DNA of 64,000 bases, from assembly GCA_944393125.1 (NCBI GenBank), contig CALXZB010000001.1, positions 315 through 64,314 of the forward strand, given 5' to 3'. This document shows, one piece after another, positions 18,490 to 29,185 of the stretch (positions are counted from its first letter, which is position 1; the number at the start of each line of letters is the position of its first letter). Under the pieces are notes generated by a model. It searched no databases. It worked only from the letters and a program-made list of their open reading frames with translations, and was not told the origin of the DNA. The DNA comes from an uncultured Clostridia bacterium. Its GTDB lineage: Bacteria > Bacillota > Clostridia > TANB77 > CAG-508. A program made the translations under genes and the position numbers.

Positions 18490-20751
18490 CTACTTTATAG
18501 ATTTTAACATATTTATTGTAGCATCTATGTATTTTTCAGCATATTTATTATTAACAACTTCTTCATGGCTTTTTACTTCTGGAAGTTCTATAAGTGCTGT
18601 TCTAGCTACTTTGCTTGAATTGCCTAAAGACATTCTTGCCCAATTAATTAAATAACCTCTTCCATATGTAGATATGTGTTTAGTTAGATTAAATTCATCT
18701 CTATAATATTTTCCTAACCCATCATCTCCCATTGTTTCAGATAACCATCCATGTAAGTCTATTAAAATTGTTTGACCATTTTGTGACTTATTATTTAATA
18801 AAAATTCTCTTAAATATTTTGCTTCATATGCTTGGAATGCAGCTGTTCCATTATAATTTCTGCTATCAGTGTATTTAGTATAATCTGTTGTTTGGAAATT
18901 TCTATTCATATCAATTCCTTTGTGATTAGGTGCTGCACTATATAATGTTGTTCTTCCTGCTCCATTATTAGTAGTTCCATATGTTTGGCCATCTGGATTT
19001 AAAACAGGGAATATATAAATAGTCCAATTATTATATAAACTAATATCTGACTTTTCAGACAAATATTCTTTAAATTCATTTGCTATATATGTTAATTCTT
19101 TTCCATCATGGTCATAAGAGTCTTCAAATCCATGTATTGAAAATGTTGTAAATAATACATTTTTTCCTTGTCCAAATTTGTAATATACTAAATCAGTACC
19201 TCTTGAATCTCCTTTAACAGCTAAACCACTTTTTCCATATGTACCTTCTTCACATGAAATCTCTGCTTTTGTAAATTCAAATTTTTGTGCATTTGAATTA
19301 TTGCTTGTATTTACTTGTATATTAGAACCGTTTTTTGCAGTTCCATTAGATACATTTAAGTATAATTCGTTGCAAGCAGATATAATATAATATTTTCCAT
19401 CTTCTGCTTTTTGTATAATCCATTTTTGTGCAAAAGTATTATTTGATTCATATTGCCATACATTAGCTCCTGGCTTTGTACTTGCATCTGCAACATCTAA
19501 TACTTTTCCTGAATGTACTGCTGAAATAGAATAATATCCATTATTTAAATATTTAACATAAAACTTCTGTTGATTTGCATCTACAAATTCATATAGTTGA
19601 ACATTTGCACCATTACTTTTAGATGCTCCATCTATATCTAAAGCATATTTATTGTTTAAAGATGTATGAATAGAATAAATTCCATCTGATATTGTTTTTT
19701 CACCAATTAGTGTTTTTCCATTATTCTCATTTACCTTTACAAATTCAAATTCTTGTGTTTTTGATTTATTTTGCTTATTAACTTCTATATTAGCACTATT
19801 TTTTGCAGAATTTCCTGCAATATTTAAATACAATTCATTGCATTTTGAAATTATATTATAAGTACCATTTGTAGTTTCTTTTATAATCCATTTCTGAGCA
19901 TCTGTATTGTTAGACTCATGTTGCCATACATTAGTTCCTGGTGTCTTAGATGCATTTGCAACGTCAAGTACTTTTCCTGAATGTAATGCTGTTATTGTAT
20001 AATATCCGTCTCCTATATATTTTACTTTAAATTTTTGTTGATTTTGTTTTACATATTCATATAATTGAACATTTGCACCATTATTTTTAGATGCTCCGTC
20101 TATATCTAATGCATATCTTTTATCTGATACACTTCTTATTTCATAAGTTCCATCTGATATTGTTTTTTCACCTTTTAATACTTCTATCTTTTCTAATTTA
20201 AACTTTTGCGAATTTGAGTCATTCTTTGTATTAACTTCAATATTACTTTCATTTTTTGCAATTTGTTTTGTAACATTTAGATATAATCCATTACATTTTG
20301 ATATTATGTTATAGTATCCATCTTCTGTCTTTTTTATTAACCATTTTTGAGCATCAGTTCCATTCGCTTCATATTGCCATACATTGGCTCCAGCTTTTTT
20401 TGAAGCATCTGCTACATCTAAAACTTTTTCAGAATGTAATGCTGTTATTGTATAATAGCCATCTCCAATATGTTTAATTTTAAATTTTTGTTGATTCTCT
20501 CCAACATATTCATATAATTGTACATTAGCTTTATTAGTATTTAATGCTTGACTTACATCCAACCCTAATCTTTCATCTAATTTAGTTTTAATTATATAAG
20601 TTCCATCTAATATTTCTTCCTTTTCAGTTGTACTTTTTTCTACAGATGTATTTGTATTAGTTTTTTCATCAGTTGCTAATATTATATTTGAATTTATTAA
20701 AAGTAAAAATAACATTATATAAACAATTTTATTTAAAAAATTTTTCATCAT
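18490..20751 (-). CDS. Secreted 3x ricin-type (beta-trefoil) lectin-module protein with C-terminal M14 zinc carboxypeptidase-like domain
   Basis: A signal peptide is followed by three ~150-aa units, each with three QxW/QxF subrepeats (QQKF, AQKW, QKF). The C-terminal ~250 aa carry M14-like motifs (HG.E......NPDG, GIDMNRNF, IDLHGW). Confidence 0.8.
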   Translation of the reverse strand: MMKNFLNKIVYIMLFLLLINSNIILATDEKTNTNTSVEKSTTEKEEILDGTYIIKTKLDERLGLDVSQALNTNKANVQLYEYVGENQQKFKIKHIGDGYYTITALHSEKVLDVADASKKAGANVWQYEANGTDAQKWLIKKTEDGYYNIISKCNGLYLNVTKQIAKNESNIEVNTKNDSNSQKFKLEKIEVLKGEKTISDGTYEIRSVSDKRYALDIDGASKNNGANVQLYEYVKQNQQKFKVKYIGDGYYTITALHSGKVLDVANASKTPGTNVWQHESNNTDAQKWIIKETTNGTYNIISKCNELYLNIAGNSAKNSANIEVNKQNKSKTQEFEFVKVNENNGKTLIGEKTISDGIYSIHTSLNNKYALDIDGASKSNGANVQLYEFVDANQQKFYVKYLNNGYYSISAVHSGKVLDVADASTKPGANVWQYESNNTFAQKWIIQKAEDGKYYIISACNELYLNVSNGTAKNGSNIQVNTSNNSNAQKFEFTKAEISCEEGTYGKSGLAVKGDSRGTDLVYYKFGQGKNVLFTTFSIHGFEDSYDHDGKELTYIANEFKEYLSEKSDISLYNNWTIYIFPVLNPDGQTYGTTNNGAGRTTLYSAAPNHKGIDMNRNFQTTDYTKYTDSRNYNGTAAFQAYEAKYLREFLLNNKSQNGQTILIDLHGWLSETMGDDGLGKYYRDEFNLTKHISTYGRGYLINWARMSLGNSSKVARTALIELPEVKSHEEVVNNKYAEKYIDATINMLKSIK
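19261..20607 (-). repeat. Three tandem ~430-470 bp ricin-lectin module repeats (intragenic)
   Basis: The units begin DGTYIIKT / DGTYEIRS / DGIYSIHT at aa 49, 200 and 356. They show high mutual identity and identity to the units at 30524-31876. Confidence 0.8.
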
Positions 20752-20777
20752 TTTTCTACTCCTCTTTAGAATTTTAT

Positions 20778-21722
20778 TTAATCATTCATTTCTTTTTTTC
20801 CATTATATTCATTTACTAAATATAATGGTCTATTTTTAGTTTCATTAAATATTCTTCCTAAATATTCTCCAACAATTCCAAACAATAATATTTGTACTCC
20901 TGAGAAAAATAATATCAATAGTATAATAGCTTGGAATGCCTGAATTGCTTGATGTATTATTACACATTTAGCTATTACATATACAAAATATACAAATAAC
21001 AATATAAATGTAGGAATAGCTATAAAAGTTGATAATCTCAATGGAGATGTTGTAAATGATGTTATTCCATCAATTGCTAAATCTACTAATTTACCATAAT
21101 TCCACTTTGTTGAACCAGCTACTCTTGGATCTCTATCATAAAGAACTTCTTTTTTCTTGTATCCTATCCAACTAAACATACTTTTTGTGTTTCTTTGAGA
21201 TTCTCTTAATTTTTTTAATGCATTTACACATCTTCTATCTAATAATCTAAAATCACCTGTATCTTTTTGTATTTCTATTTTGGTTAATTTTTGTAATATT
21301 CTATAATACATCATTGATGTAAATTTCTTTAACCAAGTTTCACCTTTTCTTGATCTTCTTTTTGCATAAACATCATCATATCCTTCTTCCCAATATTTAA
21401 CTAATTCAGGAATTAGTTCTGGAGGATCTTGTAAATCTGCATCCATAAATATTACACAGTCACCTGTTGCATAATCTAGTCCGGCTATCATTGCAATCTC
21501 TTTTCCAAAATTTCTCGAGAAGTCAACATAACATATTCTATTATCTTTTTCTCTAATTTCTTTTATTATTTCTATAGTTTTATCTTTACTTCCATCATTT
21601 ACAAAAAGAATTTCAAATTCATAGCTACTCATATTATCCATTAATTTTTTTATTCTATCATATAATATTGGTAATGAATCTTCTTCGTTATATGCTGGTA
21701 TTATAATACTAATTTTTTTCAT
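20778..21722 (-). CDS. GT2 polyprenyl-phosphate glycosyltransferase (GtrB/CsbB-like)
   Basis: The ATG at 21722 gives MKKISIIIPAYNEE. DXD (FMDADLQDPP) is present, and two C-terminal TM helices are typical of GtrB/DPM1-like enzymes. The start overlaps the upstream gene by 14 nt. Confidence 0.85.
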   Translation of the reverse strand: MKKISIIIPAYNEEDSLPILYDRIKKLMDNMSSYEFEILFVNDGSKDKTIEIIKEIREKDNRICYVDFSRNFGKEIAMIAGLDYATGDCVIFMDADLQDPPELIPELVKYWEEGYDDVYAKRRSRKGETWLKKFTSMMYYRILQKLTKIEIQKDTGDFRLLDRRCVNALKKLRESQRNTKSMFSWIGYKKKEVLYDRDPRVAGSTKWNYGKLVDLAIDGITSFTTSPLRLSTFIAIPTFILLFVYFVYVIAKCVIIHQAIQAFQAIILLILFFSGVQILLFGIVGEYLGRIFNETKNRPLYLVNEYNGKKEMND

Positions 21723-23676
21723 CTTTAATTTCACCCTTTCTACTATTTTTAAATGCAAAAAATTTACTAATAAAGAAATTTAAAATAATAACAACAACTG
21801 TTACTGTTATTTTGCTAACCATTATTGGAATAGTTGTTTCAAACAATTTTAAACATGCATAAAATTCGATTATCATAGTTATACATCTTCCTGAAACAAA
21901 TTTTAAAAATTCTTGTAAAATTTCTTTACCTTCCTTAGCTTGTGAATTAAATACCCAAACTCTATTTGTAACATATGCAAATATAATAGCTGATATTATT
22001 GCAATTGCATTAGATAAATTTTCGTTTAGTTTTAATATACTTTGTAAAATCCAAAATACAACTAGATTAACTAAAGTTGTTAGTACTCCAAATATTCCAT
22101 ATAATACAATTTGATTTTTTAATAAATTCTTAATAATGTTTTTCATTTCTTTTATTTCTCTTTCTAAATTATAGTTATCAAAAGAAATTGATGCTATAGG
22201 TATAAGTATTAATATATAAGGTATTATATATCTTGATTTTGCCTCCCATAAAATATGGAATAAAAATCCACCTATAAATATAGTAATTAATAATATAATT
22301 TCAGTTGATATGTTTTTTCTGTATTTTACTAAAAATAATATTGCTGTTCCAAAAACTATTATAATAAGAGCTTTTTGATATGTCAATAACCCTTTAGTTT
22401 TTTCTTGTAATAATTCATCCATCTGTTTTTGTGAATCTAAATTAGTATCTCCTTCTATTTGTTTAAAATTAAATGTCTGATTATACCACAAACTTGAATA
22501 TGTATTTTCTGTCCACATTGAAGCTACTTTTTTTACATAAAATTGAACACAATAAGTAGGGTCTTTTATAAATAGTTTAATTCTTTCCATAATAGCATTT
22601 TCATATAATGGCTTACATGTTTCGACATCTTCCCATGCCCACATAATATAATCATTATACCATCCATTCCCTCTATAACCTTCCTGCATTCCCATACATA
22701 AATACGCAACAGTTGGTATTTTTCTATCTTTATCCAGTTCTAATCTAGATTGTATCACATTTCTAGTAATTGTGGTAGGTACTATTGAAATAATAATAAA
22801 TAATATTATTAAAATTATTTTTTTACATATTTCTTTTAAATTTTTTCTTTCTTCACAATCATTTATAACTAATAATATTAAATATATCGTTAATGCCAAT
22901 ATAAATATTAAATTATTCATTCTTAGCATATAACCTAAACTCATAAAAATTGCAGAAATAATGGCAAACCTTTTTTTGTTTGAAGTACCATATTTCATAA
23001 TAAAATATACTGAAAATAAACACATTGAAAGGCTCATTAAATCACCATATATAAATGTTGATAATAGTGGTAATGTAAAAAAAGTTCCTAATAAAATCAA
23101 TGTCTTAACTTTATTCATTTTGTACTTATTTTCTAAAAGTTTGCAAATTAAAATAATTGCTATAATAGTCAGTATGTTTGCAACAGCATTTGTATATTGC
23201 AGTAATTTTACATTAGTAGTTGAAAAAAGTTTGAATATAATACTAAATGATAGTGCTGTTGTTATTTGTTGAGGACATAATTCAAGATATTGAGAACCTT
23301 TTAATTCATCAAATTTATCTTCATACATCTTTACTGCAGTAGAATATACAGAATCCTGATCCCATGCAGGAGTTGCATTTCTTATATTTATCCAAAAAAT
23401 TTGGGCAACTCCATAAATAACAATAAACATTATAAATAATATTATTTTAGTTTTTCTTTTTAGATTAATTTTATTTATATTGCTAGATACTGATACAATT
23501 CCTGCTACTAAAAAGAATGTTATCATAATATTAAAAATATCATATATATTTGTATCAACAATTTCTTCTGGTACATCTTTAATCTGCGAAATATATACTA
23601 TGTTTAATAATAATATTATAGTGCAACAAAGTATTGCAATCAGAACTGCAAAATTTTTGGCTATTTTACTAATCAA
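21709..23676 (-). CDS. GT-C fold membrane glycosyltransferase (ArnT/PMT-like) fused to a C-terminal GtrA-like domain
   Basis: About 500 aa of polytopic N-terminal region have GT39/83-like topology. The last ~125 aa (YGIFGVLTTLVNLVVFWIL....AIAIISAIIFAYVTNRVWVF....ISKFFAFK) match the 4-TM GtrA family. TTG start with a GGAAGGAA RBS. Confidence 0.65.
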   Translation of the reverse strand: MISKIAKNFAVLIAILCCTIILLLNIVYISQIKDVPEEIVDTNIYDIFNIMITFFLVAGIVSVSSNINKINLKRKTKIILFIMFIVIYGVAQIFWINIRNATPAWDQDSVYSTAVKMYEDKFDELKGSQYLELCPQQITTALSFSIIFKLFSTTNVKLLQYTNAVANILTIIAIILICKLLENKYKMNKVKTLILLGTFFTLPLLSTFIYGDLMSLSMCLFSVYFIMKYGTSNKKRFAIISAIFMSLGYMLRMNNLIFILALTIYLILLVINDCEERKNLKEICKKIILIILFIIISIVPTTITRNVIQSRLELDKDRKIPTVAYLCMGMQEGYRGNGWYNDYIMWAWEDVETCKPLYENAIMERIKLFIKDPTYCVQFYVKKVASMWTENTYSSLWYNQTFNFKQIEGDTNLDSQKQMDELLQEKTKGLLTYQKALIIIVFGTAILFLVKYRKNISTEIILLITIFIGGFLFHILWEAKSRYIIPYILILIPIASISFDNYNLEREIKEMKNIIKNLLKNQIVLYGIFGVLTTLVNLVVFWILQSILKLNENLSNAIAIISAIIFAYVTNRVWVFNSQAKEGKEILQEFLKFVSGRCITMIIEFYACLKLFETTIPIMVSKITVTVVVIILNFFISKFFAFKNSRKGEIKDEKN

Positions 23677-23697
23677 CTTAATTCATTCCTTCCATTT

Positions 23698-25176
23698 TTA
23701 ATATAAACATATATGAATTGTATCATTTTCAAAAACAAGTTGTTCTTTATCAAAATTTTCCCAGTCTCTTTGACTAAATTCTTCTTGTAGTTCTATATCT
23801 TTTTCTGCTTCTTTTAAATCTCTATTTGAATAATAATTAATAATAAATCTAGAAGCCCAGTCTGTGCATAAAGCTCTTACATTAATATCTCCTGATGCCT
23901 TAATATCTTTATGTACAAATGTAGTATTTTCGTCTTTATATATTGCAATTTTAGTTATTTGATTACCAGATTCTTTTTCATATTCTTCTATTTGTTCTAT
24001 TATTTCTGCTGTTTCTTTTTTATCTATGTAATTTACAATATAACTATCAATTATTATTCTGGCAAAGCATATCAGTTGTATACATAAAAATAATATGCTA
24101 ATTAATATTATTATATTTTTTTCATAATTTTTTATATTAAACTGTTGAAAAATATATACTAAGAATATTCCTATTATTGATGCCATTGGATATGAACTTC
24201 TTGCAACAAACCAAATTGAATTTGTGTCTTGTAAAATTTGTGGAGCTATTGTTACAGCTGTTATTCCTATAAGAATATAAAAAGTCCCCATAAATTTTAA
24301 AATTTTATTTTTCTTTTTTTCTTCTTTTTCAAAAAATAATATTTTGTATATTATAAAAATAATCAAACCAAATATAATTATAGAAAATAGATACTTAGGT
24401 AAAATATTGTATGTATTAAATATAAGTTCTTTCAAACCTTGCATTATTTTATTTATAGATTCTGATAATATTATTTGTCCCTTGACTCTTGAATTAGATG
24501 CAACGAATTTCACTATCAAATAATTAAATATTGCTGGAATTCCATATATTGTAGCTACTTTAAAGTTATTCAATAAAAATTCAACTATATTGTTAGAATA
24601 TTTTATAATGTAAAGTAAAGATAAAGCTACAAATATTCCAACAGTACCCTGATAAGAACAAATTGCAATCATAACAAATACTAGTGCTATTATAAATTCT
24701 TTCCAAGTTTTATTAATAAAATGTTTTTCTAATTGCTCGACAGCTAATATACACATTAAAACCGAAAACATCATTATACCTTTTTCAATATATATATATA
24801 ATTCAATTGAAAAAGGATTTATTATGATTAGTGTTGCAATAATTAAAGAAACTACTTTATTATCAATATCTTTCTTTAACAAATTATTTAACCTATATAA
24901 ACTAATTATTGTACATATAATTGCAAATGTATATGACAAAAAGTATATTATTTTGTCACTTAAGTTCATTATACCTAAACATACACCCGCTATTAATGCT
25001 GTTACAATTCTTCCTCCTGTGGCAAATTGGTTAATTACAGATCTAGTTGTATTAGTAAAAACAAAATATGTATCTGGTGCATATTGTATAAATACTAATG
25101 CACCAAAAAATATAATAGGTATTATTATACATAAATATATATCAATGTTCTTAAAAATATTTTTAATTCTTTCCAT
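23698..25176 (-). CDS. Polytopic membrane protein, probable GtrII-type (Glucos_trans_II-like) GT-C transferase
   Basis: About 11 TM helices plus a ~110-aa soluble C-terminal domain. Its position next to the GtrB-like and GtrA-containing genes supports the call. The family call is contextual. Confidence 0.5.
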   Translation of the reverse strand: MERIKNIFKNIDIYLCIIIPIIFFGALVFIQYAPDTYFVFTNTTRSVINQFATGGRIVTALIAGVCLGIMNLSDKIIYFLSYTFAIICTIISLYRLNNLLKKDIDNKVVSLIIATLIIINPFSIELYIYIEKGIMMFSVLMCILAVEQLEKHFINKTWKEFIIALVFVMIAICSYQGTVGIFVALSLLYIIKYSNNIVEFLLNNFKVATIYGIPAIFNYLIVKFVASNSRVKGQIILSESINKIMQGLKELIFNTYNILPKYLFSIIIFGLIIFIIYKILFFEKEEKKKNKILKFMGTFYILIGITAVTIAPQILQDTNSIWFVARSSYPMASIIGIFLVYIFQQFNIKNYEKNIIILISILFLCIQLICFARIIIDSYIVNYIDKKETAEIIEQIEEYEKESGNQITKIAIYKDENTTFVHKDIKASGDINVRALCTDWASRFIINYYSNRDLKEAEKDIELQEEFSQRDWENFDKEQLVFENDTIHICLY

Positions 25177-25194
25177 ACATTTCTTCTTCCTTAA

Positions 25195-25971
25195 TTATAG
25201 TTGCTCAGCAAAGCCCTTTTGTAATTTATTAAATATTATATATCCAATTATACATAATACTATTGAAATTATTATCAATAATAATGTTGATACTATATCT
25301 ATCATTCTTTGATTATAGAATATGTCTCTATATCCATTTATTATATATGTCATAGGATTTAAGTACAAAATCCATTTAAAATTGTCTGGTATTGTTTCTG
25401 AAGCATATACTATAGGAGTTGCATAAAATAGTAATTGCATTGCAACTCCTATTAAATGTTGCAAGTCTCTAACATATACAGATATGCTTGATATAATAAG
25501 TGATATTCCTATTAATAATAAGTATTGTGCTAATAGTACTAATGGATATAGTAATATATATTTACTTATTCCTAATCCACCAAATATTACGAATCCTAAA
25601 ATAATTATTGTAGAAATCATAAAATTAACGGCTTCACTTGTTACAATTGAAATTGGTAATATTTCTCTTGGAAAATATACTTTTTTTATTATGTTTCCAT
25701 TTTCTATCATTGTAAATGCTGATCTAGTTACTGTTGATGAAAAAAATGTCCAAGGTATTAATCCACAACATAAAAATATTGCATAATTTTCTTGTGGATT
25801 TTTTAGTATAACTTGAAATACTACTGCATATACAATAATTTGTAGTAGTGGATTCAAGAATGACCATAACACACCTAAAAATGAATTTTTATATTTTCCT
25901 CTTATTTCTTTTTTTACATTTGTTTTTAGTAGTTCTCTGTATTTATATAAATTTCTAAACACGCCTATCAT
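25195..25971 (-). CDS. ABC-2 type polysaccharide/teichoic-acid export permease (TagG-like)
   Basis: 258 aa and 6 TM. The N-terminus (YRELL...VKKEIRGKYKNSFLGVLWSFLNPLL) is the ABC-2 (Wzm/TagG) signature. Confidence 0.85.
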   Translation of the reverse strand: MIGVFRNLYKYRELLKTNVKKEIRGKYKNSFLGVLWSFLNPLLQIIVYAVVFQVILKNPQENYAIFLCCGLIPWTFFSSTVTRSAFTMIENGNIIKKVYFPREILPISIVTSEAVNFMISTIIILGFVIFGGLGISKYILLYPLVLLAQYLLLIGISLIISSISVYVRDLQHLIGVAMQLLFYATPIVYASETIPDNFKWILYLNPMTYIINGYRDIFYNQRMIDIVSTLLLIIISIVLCIIGYIIFNKLQKGFAEQL

Positions 25972-25986
25972 TTATAATTACCTCGT

Positions 25987-28284
25987 TTATTTTAAAATAA
26001 TATTTCTAATTTTTTGTTTTAATTTTGTTTTTTGTATAATTCCCATCAATCCTGTTATCTTTAGAAATTTTATTAATGCTCTCCAAATTGGATTTTGCCA
26101 TAATCTTCCTTTTAGTTGAGAAAGTTTATATTGTTTAAGATTATTATATGAATACTTTCCTCCTTCTTGTGGGAAGTAATTTCTAATATCTAATTGATTA
26201 TACATAACTAAGTATTGTTTATATAAATCTCTATTTATAACACTTAGTTCATTTATTTGGCTTCCTTCTCTTGCAAATTTTTCAAATTCTCTTGTAAATA
26301 TGTTAGCCATATTATTTACTGTATAGCCATTTAAAATCTTTTTCCTACAGTTTTCTTTTAATTTATCATCACTTAATACTTCTTGAATTGCTTTTACATA
26401 TCTGCTTATTTCCTCATTTGAATATTTTCTATTAAAATATCCATTTTCTGCTGTTTGCATATTTTTTACTACACGTCCACATGTATTATCAACCAATTCT
26501 TTCTGACCACCTACATCTGCTGTTACTACAGGTGTTCCCATTGCTAAAGATTCATATGTAGTAAGAGTCAATCCTTCTACCAATGAGCAAATTACACTTA
26601 CATCCGCAACTTTGTAAAATGGTTTTGTATTGCTCTGCATTCCAAAAAATATTACATTTTCTTTAATTGCACTTGCAACTGATTTCATTTCATTTAATTG
26701 AGGACCATCTCCAACAACCATTAGCATTAAGTTTTTATCTTTTTCTAATAATTTTTTAAATACTTGAATCATGAAAATAGGTCTTTTTTCTTCTGATATT
26801 CTACATAAAAATAAAATTACTTTTTTACCTTTTAATTTGTCTTTAGCTTTCATTAAATCAGAATTATTACTAATTTCTACTTTGTTTCTATCAAACTGTT
26901 CTTCATCAACACCTATATAGACAGTTTCTACATTATCTACTGATCTTTGCATATTATTTTTCATTGATTCTTTTAAGGCTTTTGTACAAGTATATGTTTT
27001 GTCTAAAAAGCCATCAATTGCAGTTGAGTCTCTTGGATATTCACCATTTCTCCAGCTTTTATTTTCACTATGTAAGTAATCTATAAATACTACTTTAGGA
27101 AATTCTGATTTTAACCATGGTATAGCATAAAAGCCAAAATAACTATTTGATTGCATAACAATATCAATATTTCTAGACTTAATTAAATAGTGTATAAATC
27201 CTGGCCAATCTTGTCTATGTAAAAAGCTTGTCAAATCAAAAACTTCTGCATATTTTTCGAATTTTTGTCTCCATATATAATCTGAAGTTTCTGTTGTAAC
27301 TATTGTAATATCGAATTTGTTTTGGTCTAGCCTTGATATTAAATCTAAATTAAATTTATCTGCTCCTCCTACAACAAACCAAGGCAATATAAATAAAAGT
27401 CTTATCTTTTCTCCTTTTTTATTAATTGGTTGCCTATTCCAGTCAAAAACATATGGATATGAATCATAATTAGACTTTGTTGTTGTCGGAAATTGAATTG
27501 CAAATATTTCTTTTTTTATTTTATTTGCTTGTTTTGCAATTTCGCTTCTTGCATGTTCGTCTCTTTTTTTATCTTTATTTATTGAATCTAAAATTCCGCC
27601 TTCTTTTTTCTTTCTGTACCAAAATCCATAGTAATTCATTCTTATTGGGAAATATCCTTTTTCCAACATTCTTAGCCATAAATGCCAGTCTTCATGGACA
27701 TCATCATCAACAGCAGAATATCCACCAACATCTAGTAGTGCTTCTTTTCTTATTAGCGAACATACTGGTATTATGTTTTCTTTTTTTTCTATATTAATAT
27801 CAAATATTTTCTTCCATAAAAATTCTTGTCCATCAAAATTAACTAAATCTGCATATACCCATGATGCTCTTGGATTTGTTTGCAATGTCCAGTAACAACA
27901 CTCTAGCATAGTTCTATCTATTGCATCATCTGAATCTATTATAAATAATAAATCACATTTTGCTTTTGAAATTGCAAAATCTCTTGTTTTTATTCTTCCT
28001 CTATTTTTTTCATTATATATTTTTATTCTATTATCTAATTGTGCAATTTCCTCTAGTGTCTCTTTTGTTCCTTCTTCAGTACTTCCATCATTTACAATTA
28101 TCCATTCCCAGTATGGAAATGTTTGATTTATAATAGAATTTGCAGTTTCTCTAATATATTTTTTACAATTATAATATCCTGTTATTATACTAATAATAGG
28201 TTCTCCACTATTAATAGATAAATTTTTATTTAATTTGGTTCCAGGCATCATAGAATAATCAAAATACTTTTCTTCTTCGTTCAT
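25987..28284 (-). CDS. Bifunctional glycosyltransferase (N-terminal GT2, C-terminal GT4/GT-B)
   Basis: The N-terminal part has ISIITGYYN...DGS...DSDD. The C-terminal part has the GT1/GT4 E-x7-E-like region (SLVEGLTLTTYESLAMGTPVV). Confidence 0.8.
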   Translation of the reverse strand: MNEEEKYFDYSMMPGTKLNKNLSINSGEPIISIITGYYNCKKYIRETANSIINQTFPYWEWIIVNDGSTEEGTKETLEEIAQLDNRIKIYNEKNRGRIKTRDFAISKAKCDLLFIIDSDDAIDRTMLECCYWTLQTNPRASWVYADLVNFDGQEFLWKKIFDINIEKKENIIPVCSLIRKEALLDVGGYSAVDDDVHEDWHLWLRMLEKGYFPIRMNYYGFWYRKKKEGGILDSINKDKKRDEHARSEIAKQANKIKKEIFAIQFPTTTKSNYDSYPYVFDWNRQPINKKGEKIRLLFILPWFVVGGADKFNLDLISRLDQNKFDITIVTTETSDYIWRQKFEKYAEVFDLTSFLHRQDWPGFIHYLIKSRNIDIVMQSNSYFGFYAIPWLKSEFPKVVFIDYLHSENKSWRNGEYPRDSTAIDGFLDKTYTCTKALKESMKNNMQRSVDNVETVYIGVDEEQFDRNKVEISNNSDLMKAKDKLKGKKVILFLCRISEEKRPIFMIQVFKKLLEKDKNLMLMVVGDGPQLNEMKSVASAIKENVIFFGMQSNTKPFYKVADVSVICSLVEGLTLTTYESLAMGTPVVTADVGGQKELVDNTCGRVVKNMQTAENGYFNRKYSNEEISRYVKAIQEVLSDDKLKENCRKKILNGYTVNNMANIFTREFEKFAREGSQINELSVINRDLYKQYLVMYNQLDIRNYFPQEGGKYSYNNLKQYKLSQLKGRLWQNPIWRALIKFLKITGLMGIIQKTKLKQKIRNIILK

Positions 28285-28299
28285 ATCAATAACTCTCCT

Positions 28300-29046
28300 C
28301 TATCTAGTTTCTTTCACATATTCTTCTACTACTTCTTTTGTGTTACCATCCATTTTTATTTTTCCTTTATATAACCAAATTGCTCTATCACATAGTTTTT
28401 TTACAGAGTCCATGCTATGTGTAACAAATATCATTGTTTTCCCTTTTTGTTTTAGTTCTAACATTTTTTCAAAACATTTATTTTGGAAATGTTCATCTCC
28501 TACTGATAATATTTCATCTATCAGTAATATGTCTGCATCTACATTGATTGCTACTGAAAATGCTAATCTCATATACATTCCTGAAGAATAAGTTCTAACA
28601 GGATTATCAATAAATGGTCTTAATTCAGAAAATTCTATTATATCTTCTATTCTTTCATCTATTTCTTTTTTTGTTAGTCCAAATATAGAAGCATTAAAAT
28701 ATATATTTTCTCTTCCTGAAAAATCAGGATGAAAACCTGCTCCTAATTCTAATAAAGATGTTAATTTTCCTTTAGTTATAATTCTTCCCTTATTAGGATA
28801 TATTATTTGAGTCATTAATTTTAATAAAGTAGATTTTCCGCTTCCATTTGTTCCTATTAGTGCAACAACTTCTCCTTTTTTTATTTTTAGATTAATTCCT
28901 TCTAATACTACTCTTTTTTCTTTCTTGTTTCTTGAAAACAAAAATAAAAGTTTTTCCTTTATGGTATTTGCTTTATCTAAATATACATTAAATGTTTTAT
29001 GAACATTTTCTACTATTATGCTATATTCTTCTTCAGCTTGTTTCAT
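28300..29046 (-). CDS. ABC transporter ATP-binding protein (TagH/Wzt-like)
   Basis: Walker A (GTNGSGKST), signature (YSSGMYMRL) and Walker B (LLIDE) are present. The start is probably the ATG at 29046 (RBS AAGGAA); the alternative is 29073. Confidence 0.85.
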   Translation of the reverse strand: MKQAEEEYSIIVENVHKTFNVYLDKANTIKEKLLFLFSRNKKEKRVVLEGINLKIKKGEVVALIGTNGSGKSTLLKLMTQIIYPNKGRIITKGKLTSLLELGAGFHPDFSGRENIYFNASIFGLTKKEIDERIEDIIEFSELRPFIDNPVRTYSSGMYMRLAFSVAINVDADILLIDEILSVGDEHFQNKCFEKMLELKQKGKTMIFVTHSMDSVKKLCDRAIWLYKGKIKMDGNTKEVVEEYVKETR

Positions 29047-29133
29047 ATTTTTATATTCCTTTCTTTTTTGCATTTAATATTGTATAATTTTTCTTTTTTA
29101 TTTTATCAATATTTAATATAATAGTCAATCTTT

Positions 29134-29177
29134 ATAAAAAAATAAGAGAGAAATTTTTTAAATGTGCTTTCTCTCTT
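29134..29177 (-). terminator. Intrinsic terminator after the autolysin gene
   Basis: A 10-bp stem aagagagaaa/tttctctctt, followed by a U-run on the minus strand (atttttttat). Confidence 0.6.
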
Positions 29178-29185
29178 ATCTTTAT

